From assembly GCF_009914755.1 (NCBI RefSeq), contig NC_060930.1: 64,000 nt of DNA; one strand, written 5' to 3'. Each line of letters starts with the position of its first letter. The stretch's first letter is position 1. Positions 42,937-55,770 of the stretch are shown one piece after another. The DNA is from the human T2T-CHM13v2.0 reference genome, Homo sapiens. The translations under genes and the position numbers were made by a program. Below the pieces are notes generated by a model, which saw only the letters and a list, made by a program, of their open reading frames with translations, was not told the origin of the DNA and made no database searches.

Positions 42937-43687
42937 TGTACCTTCAGCAACTATCATTTCCATGCTTGCTGGCCCAGTTTCCAAATGCCAAAATCTCCAA
43001 GCCTGTCCCTAAGAGCTCTCTGTGGCAGCTGGAGTCAGCTCTGCCTGTAGGAGGGCCAGCCTTTGAAGTTCCAAACAAATAATACTGCCCAGGAGCAACC
43101 TCCAACCAATGACTAGTGGCTAAATATCCCAGCTCAGTTGCCCCTCAGACAGGATAACTGTAAGTTTTATACTGTTTCTCAAATTTCTCTAGTGGAATTA
43201 AATGCCAGTTGCCCGAAGTGGTAAACTGCTTGAAGAAATGCCCATATGGCCTTCCTTCCCTTCTGTGTCTCACTTCCCCAGTGACTTACTAGTATTTCCG
43301 GAGATTGCTTTCTATACAAACCACTTAGGCTGGATACGGTGGCTCACGTCTGTAATCCTAGCACTTTGGGAGGCTGAGGCAAGTGGATCACCTGAGGTCA
43401 GGTGTTCAAGACCAGCCTGGCCAACATGGAGAAACCCCGTCTCTGCCAAAAATACAAAAAGTAGCTGGGCGTGGTGGCAGGCACCTGTAATCCCAGCTAC
43501 TTGAGAGGCTAAGGAGCTAGAATCGCTTGAACCCGGGGGCAGAGGTTGCAGTGAGCCAAGATTATGCCACTTCACTCCAGCCTGGGCGACAGAGCAAAAC
43601 TCCATCTCAAAAAAAAAAACCAAAACAAAAACAACTTATACTCAAACTTTTGTCTCACAGTCTGCTAGGTAGACCAAAACAAAGACT
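42937..43687 (+). mobile_element. LTR16-type ERVL LTR interrupted by an Alu
   Basis: ccaggagcaacctccaaccaatgact...ccagttgcccgaagtggtaa...gtctcacttcccc...caaacttttgtctcacagtctgct. Confidence 0.8.
43328..43626 (+). mobile_element. Alu (S-type)
   Basis: Full dimer; TSD aaaccactta / aaacaactta. Confidence 0.96.
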
Positions 43688-44124
43688 GCCAAGGTCTTGG
43701 CTGCGAATTAATATCTACTATATGTTTTAATCTTTTAAATGATTTCTTTACTGATTATTATTTGGAAGAACATTTATTCCCCAACTTCCTGTTTCCATAA
43801 GTGGAAGGATAGTTAAAAACACTTCCAGAATCTTATGCCACTCATTGACACCTTTACATGAGTTATCTGATTGGTGAGTTCAGGAAGATGAACTGAAAAT
43901 GTTTGGCTCAACTGTCTCATCTGGGCATTATCATTATCATTTCAGATCTGTCCACCTACAGAGAGGGTGTCTTTCTGTTCTATGCAACCCTGTGGCAGTT
44001 ACCAAAGCAAGATATATCTGTTACTGCACAAGTAAGTTGTCTCATTCAGAGGTTAAGGATTACTACTTAATCTAATTTGGCCATTAATCTAAGGCCTTCT
44101 TTAATTCTCTAATGAACTTTATCA

Positions 44125-44418
<294 letters not shown>

Positions 44419-44574
44419 AAGAAAGTTCAATATTGATTTCTGTCTCTCTTGTGTTATGTTTCCCAGCTGATTACAAATTTAGGAAATAAAGAAGGGGAAA
44501 ATATTTAATTATTGTTTTAAATGTTCTCCCAACAATTCTTGAAATTAAGCATGTGCTTGATTTGTTTGTTGATC

Positions 44575-46078
44575 ATTTGTATGGGTATAGAATTCTGGCT
44601 TGACAGGGTTTTTTTCTCTCTGTCCTTTAAAGATGTTGTGCAACTGTTTTGTTTCTGGTGAGAAAACCACTGTTATCCTTCACTTTAGTTCCTTTGTGTA
44701 TGACATGTCTTCATTTCTGACAATTTTGAGTAATTAGAATATTATGTGCCTTGGTTAGTTTTTTTAATGTTTCTTATGCTTAGAGTTTGCTGACCTTTTT
44801 GGATCTCTGGGTTTATACTTTTCGTCAAATCTGGAAATTTTTCAGCCATTATTTCTTCCATTTTTTTTTGGTCTGTTCTCCCCACTCCTTCAGGACTCTA
44901 GGTATACATATATTAGGCTGTTTGATATTGTCCCATAGCTCACTAATGCTCTTTTAATTATTTTAACCCTTTTTTTTTCTCTGTGTGTTTCATTTTGGAT
45001 AGTCTCTATTGCTATGTCTTCAAGTTCACTAATTTTTTCTTCTGCAATGTCTAATCTAATTCAATCCAGAGTATTTTTCATTTCAGACATTGTAGTTCTT
45101 ATGTATTTTTCATCCCAGACATTGTAGTTCTCATCTCTAGAACTACTCTACTCAAGAAACTGAGGCAGGAGAATTGCTTGAACCCAGGAGGCAGAGGTGA
45201 GATTGCACCACTGCACTTCAGCCTGGGCAGAAAAAAAGAAAAAACCATCTCAAAAAAAATTTTTTTTAATTTGGGTCTCTTTTATATATTTCATGACCAC
45301 ACTTAATATTTTGAACATCTGGATTACAGTTATAATAACTATTTTAATGTCTTTGTTTGCTGATTTTAACATCTGCATCAGTTCTCAGTTTTGCTTAGTT
45401 GATTCTTTTTCTCCTCATTGTGGGTTGTGGGTTTTTTGCATCTTTGCAAGTCTACTAATATCTAACTGGGTATTGAAGATTATGAATTAAACCTATTTGA
45501 GTACTGTGTATTTTTATATTTCTATAAATATTCTTGAGCAGCTTTGTTCTGGTATGCAGTTAAGTTCCTTGGAAACTGTTTGATCCTTTCGGCTTTTGCT
45601 CTTAAGATTTGTCAAGTGGGTTCAGAGTAGCATTCAATCTAGGTCTAATAAATTTCCACAGCCAAGGCAAGACCCCTCTGAGTGCTCTGCCCAATGCCCA
45701 TGAAGTATGAGGTTTTTCTATCTGGTTTACAGCAACAGTGTGCGATGGCCATTATTCTCAAGAATCCTTTTGGGTGCTTTCTTTCAGGACTCGGGTTGTT
45801 TTCTCAAATGCATGTGCGATCAGTGTTCTGTTGAAGACTCTGGAGGCCCCTCTACACATCTCTGAAGCTCTATCTGTACAACTCCTTCCTCCAAGGCTTT
45901 GGCCTAGTCCTATGCATTCCAGCCACGGTGATCTCCCTGGACTTCAATTCTGGATACCTCTGGGCTCCGCCTGAGTTACCTTCCCCATGCTGTGGCCTGA
46001 AAACTCAAGGCAGTAAACTAGAGCAATAGTAAGTTTCACCTGGTTTGGTTCCTGTCTGTTAGAGATTACTAGTCTTCA
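44575..46078 (-). mobile_element. L1MD/MC 5' UTR-ORF1 segment
   Basis: gggtatagaattctggcttgacag...ggaaatttttcagccattatttcttc...gctatgtcttcaagttcactaat. Confidence 0.8.
45148..45259 (+). mobile_element. Partial Alu right arm inserted in L1, no TSD
   Basis: ctactcaagaaactgaggcaggagaattgcttgaacccaggaggcagaggt|gagattgc; same deletion as the Alu at 44144. Confidence 0.9.
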
Positions 46079-46079
46079 T

Positions 46080-46275
46080 TTCGAAAGTGAAGATGAAATA
46101 AACGTTTTTTCAGGCAAACAAAAGCAGAGATAATTCATCACAAACAGGTCTTTAACAAAAATGTGAAAGAAAGTTCTTCTGGCAGAAGAAAAATTATACG
46201 AGATGGAAATTAGAATCTACACAAAGGAATGAAGAGTGTCACAAATGGTAAATATGTGGGTAAATATAAAATCCT
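46080..46275 (+). mobile_element. L1M ORF1 3' end fragment
   Basis: gaaagtgaagatgaaataaacgttttttcaggcaaacaaaagcagagataattcatcac...ggtaaatatgtgggtaaatataaaa. Confidence 0.75.
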
Positions 46276-48423
46276 TTTATTCAAATGCATAGCCAGTTTT
46301 CCCAGTACCAGTTATTAAATAGTCCATTATTTTCCCATGAAAATGAAATGCCTCCTTTATTATATGTCAAATTCCTTAAATATACTTGGATCTGTTTATC
46401 TGTTCTTTTCCAATGGCCTGTTTGTCTATAACTACATCATAGTATCATTCTGTTTTTATTTCAATCACTATATAATTGAATTTTTATTAAGGCAAGTTCA
46501 CCTAGTTGTTAATTTTCAAAATTTCCTTGATAATTTTCCCATTTTATTCTATGATACAAACTTAAAAATTTGTTTGTCTATTCCCTTCTCTCTGCCCACC
46601 CCCTCCAAAAAACATCCTGTTGAACCTCTGACTAAAATTCCAATAAATGCATATGCTAATTTTCAGTGCAACGGTTAGCTGAGAACAAGTTTCCATTAGG
46701 AGACTGGATAGAGAAAGAGCTCAGAAACAAGAGGCACGAAAAGTAAAACTTCCCTTATTCTTAACTTTGCTGGGAGCCAACAGTTCTCTGTCCCTGAAGT
46801 GGTTTTATTTCCCAACCGAAACTCTAAACTGAGAAGGCTTTGAGATAAAAGCTTATAGCACTCACATATGAATGTGCTCATATTTTGCCTAAACCCTTTC
46901 ATGTAGGGATTTCAGAGCACTGGGAAAACTACATGGTGTCAGGGTTCATGTATCCCCATCTTTCTTGTGAAGGAACAGAGATGAGAGAGGATTGTTGAAG
47001 TCACTTTGAGCTGGAGGATGACCTGGTGGTAAAGCTGAGAGTGAAAGTAGAACTTACACTTGGAACGTATACTTGGAATCATCCTGCTCTGACTACAGTT
47101 TGCTCCCAGCTTGAGTGGGCCATTTTAAAATACTCAGTTTGGTTAAGAGCTGTGCCAAGGAGATGGCCTGATAAGTACATATGTTGTACACTCAGCAAAT
47201 ATTCATTAAGCTGAATCCTCCGCCCCACAGTAGTAACTGGACAGATTCAAAAGAAGGGGTACCTTACATCATGGGGTTTATAATCTTCACAGGGGAGAAA
47301 AGACATAGATACATAATATAGGCGTGTCATACCATGAGTTCCTTGAGGGGGGAGACTGTTTTATTCAACTCTGTCCCCCTTGGACCTAGCTTCAAAAAAA
47401 AGTAAGCTAAACTGAACACTTGCATAGTACACAAAAGAGCCGGATGAGTAATCAGTGCTGAGCGGTTTCCAAGAACAGAGGGTTCCTAATGGGCTAAGTG
47501 GAGAGGGAAGTCTGTATGTTACAGGAAGGATATGGCCTGGACTCCAAAATTCTTTGAGAGTGAATTCCTGTATAATCATTGATCTTAAGTCCTTCTTTCT
47601 CACTCTGTACTGTAGAACATAAGAAGCAAATGGATGATCCAATTAACTCTGTTCTTTATCCATTGAGAACCAGCTCATTCATTCATTCTATAAGCAGTAT
47701 TCAGCACATACTATGTGCCAGCATTGCCCCAGGGCCTAGAGATGCAAAAGTGAGGAAGCCAGGCAATCGCTGCCCCATACTCCAGAGAGCCATGGAACCG
47801 TATGCTGGCTCCCCTTGCCTCTGACCCTTCCTTTGTCTCTTTGTGTCAGAGGCTAATACATCCTTCTCTTTCTCCTTCTACCCAAAGAAGAAAGGCAGAA
47901 GCCCATTAGGATCCCTCAATGTAGTGAAAAGGTTAGCAGAGACTGTAAACAACAGATTATTCCCAGGCTTTTAGGAATCTCTAATGAGAAGAAACTGTCA
48001 CACTCAAATTCTCTGGTGGTAGTTTCTTTGGGGAGTGTCCCTCGGGAAACATTGCCTGGACAAAATGCACTTTTTTGTACTATGCATAATCCATTACTCC
48101 CAGGGAAAGAGTGGGGTTGAAAATAGTTTCAAGACACTATAATTAGCAATGCGATTCTCACAGCTACAAGGAAATCAGATAGGGAATCTAAAACAGCACC
48201 ATGCCCCTGTCTCTTGCCTTCCTGCTCTTAGGTTTTAGTTCCATTTTTATAGTCACTTCTCTAAGTTGAAACATGGGCTGTCTTCCACAAACACCTACTC
48301 TGTGGGTCCTGATGTACCCCCGGATCCATTCTCTGATTTCACTGGCTGTGGACCTGTTCTCTGACCCTGTTCACTTAAGTCCCACACATCCTCAGAGTTC
48401 CATTGAACAACTTTACTATAAAG

Positions 48424-48647
48424 CAGGGTTTGGAAAACCACGACCCACAGGCCCAATCTGGCCCACAGCCTGTTTTTGTAAATAAAGGTTTATTGGAAGA
48501 CAGCTCTGCTCATTCATTTATGTATTGTCTGGGGTTATTTATGCACTATAGCAGCAAAGTTGAATAGTCGTTACAAAGACCATATGACGCACAAATCCTA
48601 AAATATTTATTGTCTGTCCCTTTACAGAAAAAGTTTGCTGACTCCTG
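48424..48647. mobile_element. MER58A hAT-Charlie fossil
   Basis: TIRs cagggtttggaaaac...gtttgctgactcctg; decayed 8-bp TSD ctataaag/ttatagag. Confidence 0.9.
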
Positions 48648-50342
48648 TTATAGAGTAAGAGAAATTTAGGACACAAATTCTGTGCTTTCATTGTACCAAA
48701 CAATGTAGTTGTTTGTATAGAGAAAACTGTATTTATTCCTACTCTTTTCTGATAATATAAATTTTATATGTTGTTTGGGATAATTTGATCATAAGAATCC
48801 AGTGATACTCCTGGCTTGTTGTTTCCCAGGAGGGCTAAGGTTAATGACTCATTCCACTGAGTTCAAAGCAAGGCTGGCAAATAGAGAAGTAAACCATTTC
48901 GGGACGACTTCACATGAAGTTTTTCAAGATGATATTAGAAAATCAGGTCTTGGAGAGACAGCTTGTCTTGATATGTACCATTTCTTTTTGAGTCAAACTA
49001 TCAAATGAAACAGAAGAAATAGAAAAACAGAGCTAGATTTCATAAGATTGATATCATTTTCAGTTTAAAAAGGAGATAATCTCAAATATTCAAAGGACAA
49101 AGCTGAAGACGATCTCCCAAAATTAAGCCCAGCTTATGAAGAAGGAATTCCTGAAATATAAAGATCTTTCCCACTGTAAATGATCCTTAAAGTTATTGGA
49201 CTTGCTAAAGAACCATAAGAACAGAAAGGCCTTTTAATGAGCAAGAACTCATTTGTGTTGCTTTGATATAAGATAATCTGTAGATACATATTTACAGCTA
49301 GCTGAAAGTTGACTGGTTCTAAATTTTTTTGAATTTGCTAGAAATAGATTTTTTTTTTCTATTGGGAATAAAGTTTGCGCAGCTAATATCTCCACAAACC
49401 TACAAACCAACCAAGTATCACAGATATGCTGAGTCACTGCCATCCAGTGGCTGAACAGAATAACTGCTTTAACCATGAACGGGAGACTAAGCTGGGGGGC
49501 TGAAAAGGGTCTCAGGAATGAGTTTTATACAGTGGGCCTCAGTTGGTATTGGTCACATTAAAAGTGTGAAACTTATTTACAGATGGTATAATTGCTTAAC
49601 TAAAAAACTAATAAACTTCATTAAAACTATTAGAATTAATAAGAGAATTTGGCAAAGAGGCTAAAGATAAGATAAATATACAAAACTGTGAAGCTTTTCC
49701 CTAGACTAGCAGTGACCGATTTGAAATGGAAACAGAAACAATAATTCCATCCTCATTAGTAATGAAAGCATGGAAGGGCTGGCCACCTCTCCTCCAGGAG
49801 GCTTACTGCACATTCAAGTAAAGTACTCAGGACTATGACACTGATCTGATAGCTTCCCAACCTTCCATCAGGCTCTCAGGACTAGTCCCAGCCTACTGTA
49901 TATCAGTCCCCTTCAGAAACCCAAGGCTTCCCATTAGCAGTTATATGGATCTCTCAGCCCCCACACTATACTGAACAAGCCTAATCCCATCCAACACCCC
50001 TCCCTCCCCAATGTTTTCCCTGAGCTCTGTAAAACTCTTAGTCTGTGATCAGAAACCTAATTTCTGAATGGTTGTCCACCAAGCATGCCTCCCCTGCAGC
50101 CCTCTGACAAAGAGGCTATTTTTCACCCCACTTCATGTTCCTCAGGGCCAGGAAGGAGGCAAGCCTATTTCTTATTCACCATTGCCTTTTCCCACTCTGA
50201 GGCCACCACTACATAGCTTCTCTTTCTTCAAACCTCTTACTCCTTCCCCCCAAACTCTCATCTGAAGACCGCATCTTATACGTAATTGAGGGAATAAGAG
50301 TCATCACTAAAAAGTCCCCCTTCACAGTCTAAATAAAGAAAC

Positions 50343-50549
50343 CAGTGGTTCTCAACCAAGGGAAATTGTTCTCCCCAGGGGACATCCAGCAATGTCTAGA
50401 GACATTTTTGATTGTCACAACTGGAGGAGGTGGCTACTACTGGGATATCTTAGCCAGGCATGCTGCTAAATATCCTACAACAGACAGCCCCCAACTACAA
50501 AGGACTATCTAGCCCAGAATGTCAATAGTGCCAAGGCTGAGAAGCCCTG
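50343..50549. mobile_element. MER20 hAT-Charlie fossil
   Basis: cagtggttctcaacc...gcaatgtctagagacatttttgattgtcacaactgg...aatgtcaatagtgccaaggctgagaagccctg. Confidence 0.92.
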
Positions 50550-50732
50550 GTATAGACGAAACTGCCCAGGCACCCCTTTTATCTCTTACTCCAATGAAGA
50601 AGTGTCCCTGCTCCCCTAAAAGCTGGTTATCTCTCATTCTCAAGGACCTTCCTCCTGATATCACCCCCTGCTTCTCTCTCTCTCCCTCTCTCTATATATA
50701 TATGTATCTTCAGTTCTCCCTCTCTATTATGT

Positions 50733-51300
50733 ATATTCAATTATTCAACAAAAATTACTATATGCCAAACACTCTTCTAAGTGCTGAGGACACAAAACAG
50801 ATGAAAATTCTTGCCCCTGTGAAACTTATATTTTAAGAGAGGAAATGATCAACATTATAAGTAAGTAAACTATACAGTATTAGTGGGGAGTTAAAAAGAA
50901 AAAAACAGGAAAGAGGAACAGAAAGTATGTGGCAGAACAGGGGGTTAAATTTTAAATAGGTGGCTGGGGAAGGACATCCTGATATGCTGAAATTTGAGCT
51001 AAATCCAGAAGAAAATAAGGAAAATATTTACCCAAATATCTGGGGAAAGAGCATCCTAAGCAGTGGGAAAAATAAGTGCAAAGAGAGAGAGAGAGCCTGG
51101 CTTGGGGTTTGTCTGGTGGGTACAAGGAACAAAGAGAGGCTATGGCAGTTAAAGCAGATTGACCAAGGGGAGAGCTGTAGAAGATGAAGTCAGAGAGGTA
51201 ATGAGGGTGAAATGGGGTATAATTTTGGCTTGTACTCATCTAAGTGAGATAGAGAAACTTCAGAGGATTTGAACAAAGGATTTCATCATTTGACTTTCAC
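50733..51300 (-). mobile_element. L2a 3' fragment
   Basis: tattcaacaaaaattactatatgccaaacactcttctaagtgctgagg...gaggatttgaacaaagg. Confidence 0.75.
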
Positions 51301-51307
51301 TTCAACA

Positions 51308-51800
51308 CAAGGGTCAACAAACTACAACCAGCAGGACACCGCTTGCTTTTTTTTGAGACGGAGTTTTGCTCTGTTGCCCAGGCTGGAGTGCAGTGGTGTG
51401 GTCTCAGCTCACTGTAACCTCCGCCTCCTGGGTTTAAGTTATTCTCCTGCCTCAGCCTGCTGAATAGCTGGGATTACAGGCACGTGCCACCACACTCAGC
51501 TAATTTTTGTATTTTTAGTAGAGAAGGAGTTTCACCATGTTGGCCAGGCTGCTCTCAACTTCTGACCTCAAGTAATCCACCTGCCTTGGCCTCCCAAAAT
51601 GCTGGAATTACAGGCATGAGCCACCACGCCCAGCCCACCACTTGCTTTTATAAGTAAGGTTTTCTTGAAACACAGCCTCATTCATTTCTTTTGTCTCTGG
51701 TGGCTTTCAAGCTATAATGGTAGAAGTGAATAGGTGGGACAGAGACGACATGGTCCATAAAACCTGACATACTTACTATTTGGCCCTTTACAGAAAGAGT
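51308..51800. mobile_element. MER58-type fossil interrupted by an Alu
   Basis: caagggtcaacaaactac [Alu] ttttataagtaaggttttcttgaaacacagcc...tactatttggccctttacagaaa. Confidence 0.8.
51351..51635 (-). mobile_element. Alu (S-type)
   Basis: 14-bp TSD cacc(g/a)cttgctttt at 51337-51350 and 51636-51649. Confidence 0.96.
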
Positions 51801-51969
51801 GGAGAAGAACTCTTTAATAAAGCCAGGAAGCTCAGAAACCATACATGAAAAGATATATTTGACAGCAAAAAAATTCAAATTCATTTAGGAAAAGTTATAA
51901 ACAAAGTACAGAAACAAATAAGAGATTGGAAAAATATTCATTACAAATAAAACTTTAATATTGCTAATA

Positions 51970-52285
51970 TATTCTCCCTCAGTATCTGTGGGGGATTAGT
52001 TCCAGGTTCCCAAGGATTGCTGAAGTCCCTTCTATAAAATAGCATAGTATTTGCATATAACCTACATACATCCTCTTGTATACTTTAAATCATCTGTTGA
52101 TTACTTCTAATACCTAATATAATGTAAATGCTGTGTAAATAGTTGTTATACTCTATTGTTTTTTATTTAGATTTTTTTTATTCTTGTCTTGTCATTTTTT
52201 TCTTTTTTAGTTTTTGGAATACTTTCTAATCATGGTTGGTTGCATCTGCAGATGTGGAACCCGAGGATACAGAACACTGACTGTA
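51970..52285. mobile_element. MER2 (Tigger-derived) fossil
   Basis: ccctcagtatctgtgggggattagttccagg...atagtatttgcatataacctacatacatcctc...gcagatgtggaacccgaggatacag...gactgta. Confidence 0.9.
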
Positions 52286-52289
52286 CACA

Positions 52290-53720
52290 AAAAAAGTCCC
52301 TACAAATTGATAGAAAACAACCCAAAAATCCAGGAGGAAAAAACAGGCAGGGGATATGAACAAGCAACTCACAGAAGAGAAAATGCAAATAGCCGATAAA
52401 CATATTAAAAGATGCTCAGCATCACTGGTGGTCAGATAAATACAAAGTAAAACCACAAGAAGACACCATTTACCACTTCAAAATGTAAGAGAGCAATAAC
52501 AGTTAGTGCTGACTGGGATGCAGGGGAACAGGCACTTCCTTCCACTAAGGGTGGGAATGTGATTATGTCAGAATTTTGAAAAAGTAATCTGACAGTATCT
52601 ATTAATATTAAAATACATATATTTCTAGAACAAGCAATTCCACTTTGGGAAATATACCCTACAAAAATAAAAGTACGAGTTCATATGTATATACCAGGAT
52701 ATTTTTGCAACATTATTTGTCCTGGTAAACAATTCCCAGGGAAAAAAAAAGGAATATCTAATAATAAGCATAGCTCATATATAATATTATGTAGCTATTT
52801 AAAAGACTTTATCTGAGACAAAAGGAAAAACTCTGTAACATACAAAGAGGTCTCAGGAATCAATCTTGAAAAGAATGAATACTCCAAACTTTCTAATGGG
52901 CATAGGATACTAACACATAGTTCACAGAAAAAAATTAAATCCCCTTGAAGACTGGAAAACATACTCAATCTCCCTTATAATAAGAAAAATGCAAAGTTAA
53001 AACTACCCTGAGATACCAGTTTTCACCTATCATATTGGCAAGGAAGAGAAAGTTTAATGACTCGCCACGATGGCAAGAGTGTGGGGATTTGGGTCCCACC
53101 TTACTGGTGAACTATAAATGGCACAACCTCTCTGGAGAACAATTGGACTATAAGTGTCAAAACTGAAATCAGCAATGGACCTAGCAAGTCCCTTTCTAGA
53201 AATGTATCCCACAGATAAATATACATGTATGCAAAGTGATATAATTACAAGGTTATTCATTCCAACATTGTTTGTAAATGCCAGAGTAGGAAAAAAAACA
53301 GCTGAATTTCCACTGGAAGTACATTAAATATATTTTGTATTTCCATATAATGGAAAGCTAGGCAGTCATTTAAAAGAACGAAACCAAATAATAATAATAA
53401 TAATAATAATAACAAAGAATGAGGCAGTTTTACAAACTGATAAGGAACACTTTCCAAGATATATTATTAAGTGAAAAAAGCAAGAGAAAACAATGTGAGA
53501 AGAATTCTACCCAGAATAGAACAGGTTTTCAGGCATAGAACAGCACTGCAGGGCTTCAAAAGAGAACTGATAACAGTGATTGCTCTGAGAAGGGGAAATG
53601 AGTGGCTTTGGGACAGGAATACTAGGAGCACAATTTTCACCAAATAACATTTATTCCTTTTTATATTTTTTATCGTGTGCATGTATTATCTTTACAAAAA
53701 TAAATAAAATTTCATTTAAA
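52290..53720 (+). mobile_element. L1ME ORF2-end/3' UTR fragments (at least two pieces)
   Basis: aaaagatgctcagcatcactgg...; ctgagataccagttttcacctatcatattggca...; ends ttatctttacaaaaataaataaa. Confidence 0.75.
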
Positions 53721-53852
53721 AAGAAGAGCTATATGTTTGGACCTAGAGAGTTCTCTATAATGTATTAAGTAAGAATAAGAAGTTGCAGAGTATTAATATG
53801 GGCAATAGGATACCATTTTTGTCAAAACATTAAATAAAACAGAGAAGTATGG

Positions 53853-54216
53853 TGATACGGCTTGGCTGTGTCCCCACTCAAATCTCACCTTGAATTGTAA
53901 TAATCCCCACGTATCAAGGGCGTGACCAGGTGGAAGTAATTGGTTTATGGGGGCAGTTTCCTCCATGCTGTTCATGCGATAGTGAGTTCTCACAAGATCT
54001 GATAATTTTATCAGGGGCTTTTCCCCTCTTTGTTTGCACTTCTCCTTCCTGCCACCATGTGAAGAGGAACGTGTTTGCTTCTCCTTCTACCGTGACTGTA
54101 AATTTCCTGAGGCCTCCCCAGCCGTGCTGAACTGTGAGTCAATTAAACCTCTTTCCTTTATAAATTACCCAGTCTCGGGTATGTCTTTATTAGCAGTATG
54201 AGAACAAACTGATACA
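53853..54216 (+). mobile_element. THE1C-like solo LTR
   Basis: tgatacggcttggctgtgtcccc...attaaacctctttcc...ctgataca; TSD tatgg/aatgg. Confidence 0.93.
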
Positions 54217-54726
54217 AATGGTAAGAACTAGGAACATAGATTATCTCAGTGGGAATGAATTTTTAGTGGAGTGGGAAGATTATTAGCTTTTCTTTACATG
54301 TCTCTTTCCTTATTTATTATAAGAAAATAGCATCATTTAAAAATTTTTAATAGTCTTAATATAGTAAAGAAAAAATGCCTTGGTGGATTAAAAGTGATGT
54401 TTATTTGCTTTGTTACACTTTTGTGGCATCTTCTGATATATATTGCAGTGAGCTCAAAACCACACACTGAGAGTTTCACACTGTTAGCATCGTTCCTCTC
54501 CTGTCATCTCCATCCTATATCTGCTCACTCCAGCCTACATGCTCTCCAGTCCAAAGACATGGGATGAATTTTATTCAAGACACAATTCCAGGTAATTCCA
54601 CTCTACATTTAAAAACACCCAACAGTCCACATTGCCGTTGAACACACACTGCACACTTGAAGATCTACTGTCTTCACTTCTCCTTTGGCCATTGGTAGAA
54701 GCTGCTGTATTACTGCATAAGCACTA

Positions 54727-54946
54727 CAGTGCCATGGCAGGCCATAATGGAGCTTCAGGCAAAAGGACAAACCAGTAATATTGACCCTGTCTTTACTTAA
54801 AATGTTAATATTTTGTTCATCATGGATTTTTGGCAATAATTTCAATTTTTGAAATGTTGTATAACTATCTTAATGAGTTTTTCAGTAATCCTTTAAATTT
54901 CGCACCCAAGGCAAATGCCTCACTCATCTCCTTGAGCCTGGCCCTG
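54727..54946 (-). mobile_element. MER96B-like hAT fossil
   Basis: attttgttcatcatggattttt...ctttaaatttcgcacccaaggcaaatgcctcactc...ggccctg. Confidence 0.65.
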
Positions 54947-55304
54947 CCCAGGCCGAGACAAAGTGAAAAGGGGGCATTGGCATGGGCTTGATCCAGAACC
55001 CAGAAATTATCCTGGGGGTTTATGCACTGCCAAGGCCACTGGGTGACTTTAAGCACTCCAGTCTGCCCAGCGGGAGTACATGAGCTCCACTTGCTTATGT
55101 CTCTTATGCTAGAACTGCCCTGTCCGGTAGAGTAATCCTAGGCACATGTGGAGATTTCAGTTAATGCAAATTACAAATGTAGAAGGAGGAGGCAGCCCCT
55201 GATACACATCTGAGGCAGCTCTTTGAGGGCTGATAGGGAGCTCCACGGGAAATGTATGGAGCATAACACAATGTCTGATTCATGATAGCCATGAAGTAAT
55301 TGGT

Positions 55305-55770
55305 TTCTTCATTCATTCAGTCAGCATACATTCACTGAGTACCACTAATATGCTTTTCTAGCTATTCTGGAGGCAGTGGTGAACAAAACAGACCAAAATG
55401 TTTCTGCTGTCATGGGGCTTCCATTATGTTATAGTAAGGGGAATAGAGCAATAAATAAAATAAATGCAAACTATATAGCATATTTTGGTGGTGACAAGTG
55501 TTAGGAAGAGAAATGAAGCAAGGAAGGGGAATGGGTGCATATGCATGTGTCGGGCAGTTTGTGGAGGGGGCCACAGCAGAAGTAGCATTTGAGAAAGACC
55601 TGGAGAAGGGGAGGGAGGGAGCCAGGCAGGTATCTAGCAGGCAGGGTCTGGGCAGAGGGAGCAGGGAAGATCCTCAGGTGAAAGGGGTTTGCTGTGTTTG
55701 GGGAATGGCAAGGAGGCCACTGTGGCTGGAATTGGGTGGGGGTAGCGAGTGGGACAGGAGCAATGATGTG
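55305..55770 (-). mobile_element. L2 fragment
   Basis: ttcattcattcagtcagcatacattcactgagtacc...gtgaacaaaacagac...gcaaggaggccactgtggctgga. Confidence 0.75.
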
